A stretch of DNA of 42,548 nucleotides from a virus (IMGVR_UViG_3300029169_000008:1-42548); one strand, 5' to 3'; numbered from the stretch's first letter, positions 29,098-37,398 are shown. The notes: generated by a model not told the origin, from the sequence alone. Program-made: numbers and translations.

Positions 29098-29206
29098 CTA
29101 GTTTACTTAGAACAGCGAATCACGCAGTCTTCGAATGCTTAGGTTCTTACTTACTAAGAACAAGTAAGGCGCTCTGAAAGCGCCGCCGTTTCACAAACAA
29201 AAGGCT

Positions 29207-29235
29207 AGTATACCATATTTCAGCTAGTTTGTAAA
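29207..29235 (-). promoter_or_regulatory. sigma70-type promoter convergent with 29069..29097
   Basis: TTTACA-17 nt-TATACT with extended TG. Confidence 0.55.
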
Positions 29236-29304
29236 ATTCGCCGGGAGGATACACATGACGCTCCTGCGTCGCTACTTACTAGGGAATCCTTTTTAAGAAA
29301 GATG

Positions 29305-29333
29305 TTGACTAATACAACAAAACAAGGTATTGT
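29305..29333 (+). promoter_or_regulatory. sigma70-type promoter, leaderless
   Basis: TTGACT-17 nt-TATTGT, 6 nt before ATG 29340. Confidence 0.6.
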
Positions 29334-29339
29334 TAGAGA

Positions 29340-29576
29340 ATGGATTCAATAGAAAAGCAGGTACAGGACGATCTACTGGATAGACTTAATTGGGACTATG
29401 ACTTTAAGGATAGAATGTTACAAGCCCTTCTCTCCCACATGGACCAGTACCAGTTAGAAGACCTAGCTATACAATTAGATAGGGTTAGGTTAAATAAGTC
29501 TGAGGCTTATAAAGCTAACTTGCAAGCGCTTAAACAGGATCATGTAAAAAAGGAGTCCGATGAATGGCTGGAGTAA
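29340..29576 (+). CDS. small protein, EWL-tail family (ends VKKESDEWLE)
   Basis: 78 aa, helical body. Confidence 0.7.
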   Translation: MDSIEKQVQDDLLDRLNWDYDFKDRMLQALLSHMDQYQLEDLAIQLDRVRLNKSEAYKANLQALKQDHVKKESDEWLE

Positions 29577-29860
29577 AGTTCGAGATAGGCGATATAGTTA
29601 AGATGACTAGCCATACCTTAGGCGATAAGTTTGTGGACGAGGTTATAAGCCAAGAGGTTTTTTTGGAGTTAAACTCAGAAGAGGAAGAGTGGGATGAGGA
29701 CTCAGTATTGTATACAAAGCAGCTGTTGCCGGAAATAGACGAGTTAAAAGGAGTCTATCAGTGGACTGAAGATCAGATAGAGACTTGGAGTATGGAGTTA
29801 GACGAGCAGTACGCAAAAGAAAAGAACGTAAAGGAAGAAGTAGAAGAATGGTTGAAATAA
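29564..29860 (+). CDS. small protein, EWL-tail family (ends VKEEVEEWLK)
   Basis: KFEIGDIVK start; its ATG lies inside the upstream E-W codons. Confidence 0.75.
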   Translation: MAGVKFEIGDIVKMTSHTLGDKFVDEVISQEVFLELNSEEEEWDEDSVLYTKQLLPEIDELKGVYQWTEDQIETWSMELDEQYAKEKNVKEEVEEWLK

Positions 29861-31665
29861 AAGTAGAATTACAGGACACAATGAGTAACGATCGAGGAAT
29901 CGCAGAGAGTGCATGGACGAGTAGCCTTACTTATTCAGGCAAGGAGCTTAAAACAGATGGAGATGTTAAACGTATCGTGAACATGCTAGCCGATCACAAG
30001 CATTCTACGCCCTTTGAGTCGGTTATCTTCAGGTTTTGGATGAGAATACCCATTCAAACGGATAGACAGCACATGACGCATCGTATAGCATGCCTTAGCT
30101 TAGATAATGAGTTGTATTTTGATTTACCTAGTACTGGCAAAGGCATATACAAATCTTACAAAAAGACTTTAGGTGAATTTGTATCTCAGTGGGAAGGTGG
30201 AGTAAAGTCAAAGACTAAATGGGGAGGTACTTGTGTAAAGGATCATAAAAAAAGACTTAAAACTATGAAGTTAAGGTCCATAAACGAAGAAACAGGAGAG
30301 ATACAGCACACCTCCGTACAAGATATACACAATAACGGAACTCAGCCTGTATTTGAAGTAGAACTAGAAAGCGGATACAAAATAAAGTCTACTTTAAATC
30401 ATAGATACTTAACAGATAAAGGATGGATGACTCTAGCAGAAGCGACAGGGCTTAGAGAAGATCTTAAAGAAACACCTAACGTATTCTTAAACGATACTAA
30501 GTTTAGCGTGAACGGAGAAAAAGCTTATAAGAATTATGAACATCTAAAAGAGCTTAGAGAAAAGGGAATGACAGTTACAGAAATGGCAGAAGACGTAGGG
30601 GCCTCATATCATACAATACGTAAGTGGCTAAAAAAGCACAATTTACAATTCAAACCTTCTGAAACTAGGTTTAAGAAAGATAATAAACCTTGGAACATAG
30701 GCAAATCTTATACTCATAAAAAACCTTATAATATATCCGACGAAGAGCGGCAACAAAAAAGTGTACGAGCTTCTGGAAGTAATAGTAATTTCTGGAAAGG
30801 TGGAGTTAGTTCAGAATCCTCTAAACTAAGATCAGCTTCCTTAAAATTAAAACCGGAAGTATTAAAAAGAGACGACTATAAATGTACTAACTGCAACAGC
30901 GAAAAAACATTACAGAGCCACCATATAATACCTATGTATGCAGATTTATCAAAAGCTTTGGATTTAGATAATCTAACAACTCTTTGTAAGCCCTGCCATA
31001 GGTATATACATAATAACAACCTAGAAGAAGAATTTGCTAGTAAAAGATCAGTACCTTTTAAAGCTAAGAAGTCTAAAGCTAGAGGCCATAAGCTAGTGAG
31101 AACTTTCAAGTCTATAAAAACTATTACTTACGTAGGAGAAGAGCCTACTTATGATCTAGAGGTCAAAGGGCCCTATCACAACTTTGTTTGTAATGGAGTA
31201 GTTGTACATAACTCTCACAACGGAATGAGCGGTAGATATAGAACTATGCCGGATGATTTCTTAAGTTTATCCGATGAAGTAGTGAGTATTATGGAAAAAG
31301 GGTTAGGCGGAGCACAAGCTTTGTTCTTCGAGCACGAATACAAGCGTTGGTGTACTAAAACTAACTCGTTATACAGAGAAGTACTTAAAGATATGAAGCA
31401 AGCCGAGAAAGATGGCAAGGTAACTAACGAAGAATACAAAAGAGTTAGAGAAGTGTACCGTGGAATACTCCCTCAGAACAATATGACAGAGAGGGTAACT
31501 ACTATGAACCTTAGAAGCTTCGCTAATTATGTCAAATTACGTAATTCTCCTCATGCTCAACCGGAGATCAGGAAAGTAGCAGAGCTGATGTTACAAGCAG
31601 TTAAAGACTCAGGAGTATGCCCTATTGCACTAGAAGCTCTTGAAAGAAATGGATGGCAGATATAA
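29848..31665 (+). CDS. thyX: FAD-dependent thymidylate synthase, intein-containing
   Basis: KHSTPFE, RQHMTHRIA-[intein]-SHNGMSGRY, R.VYRGILP and NLRSFANYVKLR..HAQPEIR; start at MVEIKVEL (29848). Confidence 0.9.
   Translation: MVEIKVELQDTMSNDRGIAESAWTSSLTYSGKELKTDGDVKRIVNMLADHKHSTPFESVIFRFWMRIPIQTDRQHMTHRIACLSLDNELYFDLPSTGKGIYKSYKKTLGEFVSQWEGGVKSKTKWGGTCVKDHKKRLKTMKLRSINEETGEIQHTSVQDIHNNGTQPVFEVELESGYKIKSTLNHRYLTDKGWMTLAEATGLREDLKETPNVFLNDTKFSVNGEKAYKNYEHLKELREKGMTVTEMAEDVGASYHTIRKWLKKHNLQFKPSETRFKKDNKPWNIGKSYTHKKPYNISDEERQQKSVRASGSNSNFWKGGVSSESSKLRSASLKLKPEVLKRDDYKCTNCNSEKTLQSHHIIPMYADLSKALDLDNLTTLCKPCHRYIHNNNLEEEFASKRSVPFKAKKSKARGHKLVRTFKSIKTITYVGEEPTYDLEVKGPYHNFVCNGVVVHNSHNGMSGRYRTMPDDFLSLSDEVVSIMEKGLGGAQALFFEHEYKRWCTKTNSLYREVLKDMKQAEKDGKVTNEEYKRVREVYRGILPQNNMTERVTTMNLRSFANYVKLRNSPHAQPEIRKVAELMLQAVKDSGVCPIALEALERNGWQI
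30091..31212 (+). mobile_element. intein (374 aa) with HNH homing endonuclease and HTH
   Basis: Starts CLSLD, block B STLNHRYLT, ends TYDLEV..YHNFVCNGVVVHN before Ser. Internal CTNC..HHIIP..NLTTLCKPCH. Confidence 0.9.
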
Positions 31666-31823
31666 TGAAACACATTAACTTAATACTTGGGGTACTTAAT
31701 GCAGGCGGAGCTATGGTAGCTTCAAAGACTGGTAATATGATGATAGTAACAATGCATCTATCTGTAGCTGCCCTTTGTTTTGTAAGTTACTTAGTAGAGC
31801 GGGCAAGGTCTGATGACGACTGA
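31665..31823 (+). CDS. small membrane protein
   Basis: Not in the ORF track. MKHINLILGVLNAGG...ERARSDDD (52 aa), TAATG-coupled to thyX. Confidence 0.55.
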   Translation: MKHINLILGVLNAGGAMVASKTGNMMIVTMHLSVAALCFVSYLVERARSDDD

Positions 31824-32094
31824 GCTACTAGGATGGCTTGGAGGCCTTTTATTCGCTATCTGTGCGATTCCTCAAGCTTGGCAATCTTATAAACAAGGAC
31901 ATAGCAAAGGCCTTAACTCAGGACTACTTCAGATGTGGTTCTGGGGAGAAGTGCTTACCGTATCTTATGTATATCTTAAGCATGGATTTGACGGGCCTTT
32001 GATGCTCAACTATCTAGCTAACATAGTATTCCTAGTAGTTATCATGAAATATAAATATAAACCTAGACAAGAGCAGAAAGATGTGGTAGAGTGA
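31813..32094 (+). CDS. PQ-loop / SemiSWEET-like three-TM protein
   Basis: LLGWLGGLLFAICAIPQAWQSYKQGHSKGLN, three TM helices, and a late P..LNY..N motif. Confidence 0.75.
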   Translation: MTTELLGWLGGLLFAICAIPQAWQSYKQGHSKGLNSGLLQMWFWGEVLTVSYVYLKHGFDGPLMLNYLANIVFLVVIMKYKYKPRQEQKDVVE

Positions 32095-32097
32095 GGT

Positions 32098-32463
32098 ATG
32101 GTTAGTTTTTTCTCAGGATTAGGTAGCGCTTTGGGACTGTTTACAGGACTTCGAGGCGGAGTAGCGGCGGCACAAGGACAGCAACGAAGCCAAACAGCGG
32201 CAGGGACCGGACCAGGAGATAGACTAGCATTAGATAATGTTGATATGGCAAACCAAGCCATATATCAGTATTATGAAGCTCAACGTAAGCAGGTGGAAAT
32301 ACATAACGCCTATGCAAAGTCTGAAACTCTGATAAAAACTCTATTGGAACATAAAAACGACCCAAAAGCTATGGAAATACTAAAAAAGGCTTATAACGAA
32401 ATAGACCAAGGTATTAAACAGACGAAAGTAAACGAAGAGGTAGATGAATGGTTAAAAGATTAG
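32098..32463 (+). CDS. small protein, EWL-tail family (ends VNEEVDEWLKD)
   Basis: 121 aa; Gly-rich amphipathic N-terminus (FFSGLGSALGLFTG). Confidence 0.7.
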   Translation: MVSFFSGLGSALGLFTGLRGGVAAAQGQQRSQTAAGTGPGDRLALDNVDMANQAIYQYYEAQRKQVEIHNAYAKSETLIKTLLEHKNDPKAMEILKKAYNEIDQGIKQTKVNEEVDEWLKD

Positions 32464-32687
32464 GACAAATAGCATTAATGGTAGCACTTTTCGCAGGATT
32501 TGCATTTTTAGTATCAGAAACTAGACGTACAGCTTATAATAAGGGAGTAGTTACGGGATGTAACAGTATTGTAATGATTGCACCTCTTATGAGGATGGTA
32601 AGTTTCGGATGTTCCCTCGAACACAAGGAGGTAATGCTTAATTTTAGAGACAAAAGCCAGCTAAACCTTAAGGAGTTGTATAACTAA
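32448..32687 (+). CDS. membrane-anchored hypothetical protein
   Basis: N-terminal TM; its ATG lies inside the upstream E-W codons. Confidence 0.6.
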   Translation: MVKRLGQIALMVALFAGFAFLVSETRRTAYNKGVVTGCNSIVMIAPLMRMVSFGCSLEHKEVMLNFRDKSQLNLKELYN

Positions 32688-33130
32688 TGAAGACTTACTT
32701 AAAAAACCTTCTTAGTCATCTAAAAACTGGTCTATATCATCTAGTTTTTGGTGTATTACTAGCCTACATGGACATGAAAGGTATTAAAACCTTCTCTGGC
32801 CTGTTTAATAGAGTAGTAGCTAAGAAAAAGCCAGCTGTAGGTGAGGTTCACGTCAGTCACTTAGTATGCGGTAGTGAGTGGAGGACTCCTTGGGGAGATG
32901 AGTTCATTGTAAAGACTAAAGAATCTGTACATAAGGAATATTCCGAGGTAAATACAAGAGTAACCTACATCTACATGATGACTACAGAAGAAGAGTTCCC
33001 CAAATCTAGATGGCCTTACCGACATAACATCCCACATAAAATAAAACCAGTTCTTATTCGAGGGCTTTTATGCTTGAATACAGAAGAAGAATATGCTAAA
33101 CTAAGTAAACAAGGAGATCAACATGACTAA
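32687..33130 (+). CDS. hypothetical protein
   Basis: 147 aa, TAATG-coupled, AAGGAG RBS. Confidence 0.6.
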   Translation: MKTYLKNLLSHLKTGLYHLVFGVLLAYMDMKGIKTFSGLFNRVVAKKKPAVGEVHVSHLVCGSEWRTPWGDEFIVKTKESVHKEYSEVNTRVTYIYMMTTEEEFPKSRWPYRHNIPHKIKPVLIRGLLCLNTEEEYAKLSKQGDQHD

Positions 33131-33413
33131 AGCTAAAAAATCAAAGAAACCTAAGGTTCAACCAGTAACAGATGTTAAAGAGAAGCTAAAAGTTATCTAT
33201 TCTGTCTCTAGCGCAGCCGGAGAGTTACAAGCCGAACGACTGTACGACCTAGAAACTCCATTAGGTGATAAAAAAGTAGACGATCTACTACCAGGAGTAG
33301 CTCAAGCTTTGCTTACAGAGAAGCTTCATGCTTCAGATAAGACAGTAATGCGAGTTGCAGAAGGCGATACAGTTAAAGTTTCTGTAGAGAAGCTAGAACT
33401 AGTAGTAGAGTAA
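33123..33413 (+). CDS. hypothetical protein
   Basis: 96 aa, AAGGAG RBS. Confidence 0.65.
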   Translation: MTKAKKSKKPKVQPVTDVKEKLKVIYSVSSAAGELQAERLYDLETPLGDKKVDDLLPGVAQALLTEKLHASDKTVMRVAEGDTVKVSVEKLELVVE

Positions 33414-33658
33414 TGGGCTATTTTGTATATCTGCTGACTTTAATAGTAGCTCCAGGTGCTATGTTGGTATTTTTAGCGTACGCGGCCTACTCTTACTTAA
33501 CTAAGACAGAAGTTTGGTACGTACCATCTAATGATTCTATCTTCCTACGGAAGGCTTTCGCTACAAAAGCGTTAACAGTACAAACTACTAAAGTTTCTGT
33601 AGAGCTTAATGCTAGGATAGACGATCTTAAAGACGCTGAGTTTGTAGGATATCTGTGA
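33413..33658 (+). CDS. membrane-anchored hypothetical protein
   Basis: N-terminal TM, TAATG-coupled. Confidence 0.6.
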   Translation: MGYFVYLLTLIVAPGAMLVFLAYAAYSYLTKTEVWYVPSNDSIFLRKAFATKALTVQTTKVSVELNARIDDLKDAEFVGYL

Positions 33659-33912
33659 AATTCCTGTCAGCAGTCTTAGTAGCTACTATGCTGGTATCAG
33701 CCTACGGGTTTACTAAAGGTCTTACTAACTCTAAGTACCTTATAGAGAATAAAGCAGCTAGCCACTACTCAGGATGCATAACGGGATTCATGATTACAAT
33801 AAAACTAGGGATGTACAAAAGGCCTAGTAAAGTTAAAACGGCGCAAGATGCTTTGGCGCTAGTAATAAAAGAATGCAAGAAAGAAACAAAGGCTTATAAG
33901 GAGGGCTTGTGA
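33655..33912 (+). CDS. exported or membrane-anchored hypothetical protein
   Basis: Signal-like N-terminus, two Cys, GTGA-coupled. Confidence 0.6.
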   Translation: MKFLSAVLVATMLVSAYGFTKGLTNSKYLIENKAASHYSGCITGFMITIKLGMYKRPSKVKTAQDALALVIKECKKETKAYKEGL

Positions 33913-34238
33913 AGTTAGTTGATGAGAAGAAGGCACTTAAGTATGATAAAGGTAAGTCTCCATTGAGTATGATACCTAATAGTTTTATAAATGGAGTAGC
34001 AGATGTACTAGACTTTGGTGCGAAAAAGTACCACAGAGACAACTGGAAAAAAGGAATGGAATGGACTAGGTTAGTAGATAGCTGCCTAAGGCACGTAACA
34101 ACTTGGAACGAAGGAGAAGACTTAGACCCAGAGTCTAAACTATCTCACTTAAAACACGCAGCTTGCAATCTAGCCTTCTTAATAGAATACGAAGAGAAGA
34201 AGCTAGGGAAAGACGATAGGTATAAAGAAGATGTATAG
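33909..34238 (+). CDS. dATP/dGTP diphosphohydrolase-like (DUF5664) protein
   Basis: KYDKGK..LS.IP, V.DFGAKKY..DNW.KG, RH...W..GED.DPES.LSHL.HAACN..FL. Confidence 0.82.
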   Translation: MKLVDEKKALKYDKGKSPLSMIPNSFINGVADVLDFGAKKYHRDNWKKGMEWTRLVDSCLRHVTTWNEGEDLDPESKLSHLKHAACNLAFLIEYEEKKLGKDDRYKEDV

Positions 34239-34470
34239 TTTTTTATTTAATTATTTTGTAATAGGGTTCGCTACGGCAGCTAGTGTATTTCTAATGGTAG
34301 GTAAGGTTCCAGCAATCAAGGAAGTATTCTTTAAGAGATTATTTTCTAATTTTATATGGACTGCTATCTTCTGGCCCCTGTCTGCATTATTCCTTTGGGC
34401 ATTGATTACTAGAAGCCCTGAGAGGCTCGCTAAGGCGGCAGAGAAAGCTACGAATAAGGAAGCGTCATGA
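34231..34470 (+). CDS. two-TM membrane protein
   Basis: Two hydrophobic helices, FWPL motif. Confidence 0.6.
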   Translation: MYSFLFNYFVIGFATAASVFLMVGKVPAIKEVFFKRLFSNFIWTAIFWPLSALFLWALITRSPERLAKAAEKATNKEAS

Positions 34471-34829
34471 CTCTAGAGGATCTTAAGAAGCTGGTATTCC
34501 CTACAGGTACTGCCATTAAGTACGATAAAGCTAGACGAGCTTTTAGAAGTAATACCATAACAGCGAAAGACTTTAAAGCAGGAAATACTTACCTCGGGGT
34601 GCAGATGAGTGATTTTTATAAAAGCAAGCTTAGTCCGGAGCGCTTTTATATAGAAGCTTTATACAATAACAACGGAGTAATTAGGGCCATTACTGTGCAA
34701 TTTCACAACGACACACCCTACCGCACTAAAATCATAACTTCTAAAAACCGAGTGACTAGGTTTGTGCTGGATGAAGACTTCATGAAACAGAAACAGCTAG
34801 GAGACGAAGTAGGAGAGTGGTTAGAATGA
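34467..34829 (+). CDS. small protein, EWL-tail family (ends LGDEVGEWLE)
   Basis: 120 aa, ATGA-coupled. Confidence 0.7.
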   Translation: MTLEDLKKLVFPTGTAIKYDKARRAFRSNTITAKDFKAGNTYLGVQMSDFYKSKLSPERFYIEALYNNNGVIRAITVQFHNDTPYRTKIITSKNRVTRFVLDEDFMKQKQLGDEVGEWLE

Positions 34830-35104
34830 CCACCAAAGACTACATAGAAAAAGCCTACGAAGTTTATATAAAAGAGAAGGAGGACCTTATAGCAAAAGAG
34901 ATTACGATGTTGATGGACGAAGTTTTAGAAGGTCATAAAGTAGAAAAAAAGAACTACAAAGTCTATTACGCAGGTATGGCAAACGAAATAATACAGACAG
35001 AAGATATGCAAAGTTGCCATAAGAAGATAGACTATGAAGCCGCTTTTCATAGATGCAGAAGCAAAGTACAAGTAGACATAGAAGCAAAGGAATGGCTAGA
35101 ATGA
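34826..35104 (+). CDS. small protein, EWL-tail family (ends VDIEAKEWLE)
   Basis: ATGA overlap start at 34826. Confidence 0.7.
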   Translation: MTTKDYIEKAYEVYIKEKEDLIAKEITMLMDEVLEGHKVEKKNYKVYYAGMANEIIQTEDMQSCHKKIDYEAAFHRCRSKVQVDIEAKEWLE

Positions 35105-35274
35105 CAATTAAACAACCCTTCATACTAAAACTACAATACCAAGATTTTACTAAACCAGCAGCGGCTGTTATCGAAGTAGAGACGGCTAATGAAAAGGATA
35201 GAGACAGAGCTATAAAACTGTTACAAGAGTTGAACGAGCTGGCTATTTCTATTACTATACCCGGCGGTGAGTAG
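35101..35274 (+). CDS. hypothetical protein
   Basis: ATGA overlap start (MTIKQPF), 57 aa. Confidence 0.55.
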   Translation: MTIKQPFILKLQYQDFTKPAAAVIEVETANEKDRDRAIKLLQELNELAISITIPGGE

Positions 35275-35277
35275 GTT

Positions 35278-35529
35278 ATGGATAAGCACTGGCTAGAGAA
35301 AGCTAGGAGGGACGCTAAAGCAGAACCTACTATAGAAGAACTAGAACACTGGTTACATATAGCTACTTCTTTTATAATTGCCGATGCGCATAAAGACCCT
35401 GATCGACACGATCACTACCTCCAGCTAGAGGCAGTAGTATTTGCATATAAAGAAGAGTTGAAGTTAAGGAATGAAGAAAAAAAGAAAATGAATACTGTAG
35501 ATAAGGAAGTAGACGAATGGCTGAAGTAG
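35278..35529 (+). CDS. small protein, EWL-tail family (ends VDKEVDEWLK)
   Basis: 83 aa, helical body. Confidence 0.7.
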   Translation: MDKHWLEKARRDAKAEPTIEELEHWLHIATSFIIADAHKDPDRHDHYLQLEAVVFAYKEELKLRNEEKKKMNTVDKEVDEWLK

Positions 35530-35837
35530 GGCAGTACTATCGAGTTGAGAAGAGGGCAGAGACGCATGGAGAAAATATAACTTGGTCCATTATAGTGCAG
35601 TTAGCTTCATTAGACTCTTTTGAATATACTACAGCTAAGTTTGTAGAGCTAGTAGAAGGTGAGCTAGATTTTGAAATGCCGGAACATGGGGATTTATTCA
35701 TCCCTTTCAATGTAGGTATATTTAAGCATTGCGACCCGGAGTTCCCTAGCCGACATTGGATGTGTTCCTTTAAACTAAAAGACAACTACGAACATATTAA
35801 AGTAGTAGATGAAGAAGTAACAGATTGGCTACCCTAA
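35517..35837 (+). CDS. small protein, EWL-tail family (ends VDEEVTDWLP)
   Basis: AEVGQYYRV start; ATG inside the upstream E-W codons. Confidence 0.7.
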   Translation: MAEVGQYYRVEKRAETHGENITWSIIVQLASLDSFEYTTAKFVELVEGELDFEMPEHGDLFIPFNVGIFKHCDPEFPSRHWMCSFKLKDNYEHIKVVDEEVTDWLP

Positions 35838-36095
35838 CCATTCAGCTACCTCTTCTTTTACCATCTTCTTCTTCACGTAATCTCTTGATAACTCTAAAGC
35901 TTTATATTCAGTAGAGCGAAAAAGCTCAACACCTCCTATATGAGAGTTGTAGAAATCCTCTTGAACAGACAGAATTCTACCCATAAATCCTTCATTAACA
36001 TCTCTTATACTTATACATTCTATTTCTAAAGGCCAGTAATCCTTTGAAGTAAATCTATACACCTCTCCTATTTTAGGAACTATACCATCTTTCAT
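35829..36095 (-). CDS. small protein, EWL-tail family (ends VKEEVAEWLG)
   Basis: PKIGEVYRF start; inverted orientation with its own promoter. Confidence 0.7.
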   Translation of the reverse strand: MKDGIVPKIGEVYRFTSKDYWPLEIECISIRDVNEGFMGRILSVQEDFYNSHIGGVELFRSTEYKALELSRDYVKKKMVKEEVAEWLG

Positions 36096-36101
36096 ACTTA
36101 T

Positions 36102-36152
36102 ACTATAACATATAGGTAGGTACTTGACAAGTAGTTAGTTACGTGGTAGAAT
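36102..36152. promoter_or_regulatory. divergent overlapping sigma70 promoters
   Basis: Plus: TTGACA(36124)-17-TAGAAT-6 nt-ATG 36159. Minus: TTGTCA(36130)-17-TATAGT-6 nt-ATG 36095. Confidence 0.7.
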
Positions 36153-36158
36153 AGTAAT

Positions 36159-36593
36159 ATGAAAAATGTTAAGTTCAGGGCTAGGGCTACTATGGGAGTT
36201 TCTACTAAGATTAGGAATGAAGTAGTAGACTACGACTACTTAGATGACCTATCTAAGCAAGACTTAGCCTTCCTGAGGAAGTTTACCGACGAGTACTACC
36301 AAGGTAGCTTCCAGCACGATAATCCATTACACAAGAGCCTGAAGGCTCAGAGAGGGTGTTATTTAATGAATAACTGCAGGAACAGAGATGTTTACGCAAT
36401 AGCTAAAGTAACTCAAAAGCTAGTCATGTTTAATACTAATCCTAAGCGGGAAAATAAAGCCCATGCAGTTAACCCTTCGGACTCTTATCCAGCGTTAATA
36501 GATATTAAAGCTAACTTAATTAACTTCTTTACAGATAATCCTAGGCATGTTATGCTAGAGCACATGAGTAATATGGGATATAGAGTAAGGTAG
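36159..36593 (+). CDS. hypothetical protein
   Basis: 144 aa, leaderless; VVDYDYLDDLS..D..FL.KF..EYY and NNCRNRDVY segments; function unknown. Confidence 0.65.
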   Translation: MKNVKFRARATMGVSTKIRNEVVDYDYLDDLSKQDLAFLRKFTDEYYQGSFQHDNPLHKSLKAQRGCYLMNNCRNRDVYAIAKVTQKLVMFNTNPKRENKAHAVNPSDSYPALIDIKANLINFFTDNPRHVMLEHMSNMGYRVR

Positions 36594-36668
36594 AGTAACC
36601 CTTGGCGTGGGAACTCAAAATATTCCAAAGGGTTTCAAACAGAGCTAAAGATTTAAACAGGAGATGAT

Positions 36669-36911
36669 ATGAAAACACCAAGAGAGCTAGCCGACGATAT
36701 ATTGCTGGCCGGTAATTGCTTTATAAATAACGGCATGAAAAAGCTACGAGGTTCTATATATCATTGGCTCAAAGAAGAGATAGCTAACGAAATTCAAAAC
36801 GAGCGCGACAAGGCAGCTAAGCTCGTTGAGGTTTTGGAATACTATGGATCAGTAGGGTACGATGGAGACGGCGGCGAACTAGCCCGTGAAGCATTAAAGG
36901 AGATGACATGA
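36669..36911 (+). CDS. hypothetical protein
   Basis: AGGAG RBS; ends LEYY...DGGELAREALKEMT. Confidence 0.65.
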   Translation: MKTPRELADDILLAGNCFINNGMKKLRGSIYHWLKEEIANEIQNERDKAAKLVEVLEYYGSVGYDGDGGELAREALKEMT

Positions 36912-37129
36912 CAACTAAAACATTTAAAACTAAAGTAAATATAACGATAGGTATTCCTCAGGTCCCTAACTTCCTGTTTAGAGAGGGCGACCGTTCAAAG
37001 TCTTTTTCTGTGGCTGAAGTTAGTAATGACGACTTAAAGAAACTAGGCGAGGCTTGGACAGAAGAACTTATAGCGAACGCGGAAAGAAAACGCAAAGACC
37101 TAAAACGAGGAACTAAGGAGATGACATGA
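36908..37129 (+). CDS. hypothetical protein
   Basis: PQVPNFL...L..LG..W...L...A motif, ATGA-coupled. Confidence 0.65.
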   Translation: MTTKTFKTKVNITIGIPQVPNFLFREGDRSKSFSVAEVSNDDLKKLGEAWTEELIANAERKRKDLKRGTKEMT

Positions 37130-37398
37130 AAACATTATTTATAACATTACTACTTACCTTAGGAGCTTGTAACAGCCTTAGGGCGGAGTTTAAGCCGGGG
37201 GATTGCATAGCACAAGACTTTAGTAACGAGTTTAAAAAAGAGATCTACTATAACAAGATACTAAAAGTAGGAGAAGAATACTACCTAGTTAATACTAGGA
37301 GTTACGATTCTACACGTTACTGGAAAGGTACTGATCGTAAATCCTGACTAAACAGACACGATAAAGTAGACCCTAGCTACTGCAAAGGTATGGACTAA
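37126..37398 (+). CDS. putative lipoprotein interrupted by in-frame TGA at 37345 (readthrough or pseudogene)
   Basis: Lipobox LGAC. The frame continues after TGA as LNRHDKVDPSYCKGMD to a TAA that overlaps the next ATG. Confidence 0.55.

Noticed and set aside
29785-29847. Arg-rich N-terminal extension of ThyX in the ORF track
   Set aside because: It is an off-frame reading of the upstream gene; the ThyX-like sequence begins at ATG 29848.
32092-32100. In-frame TGA-GGT-ATG that could fuse the PQ-loop gene to the next tagged gene
   Set aside because: The PQ-loop protein is already full length, there is no Trp-Leu context, and in-frame adjacency occurs one time in three by chance.
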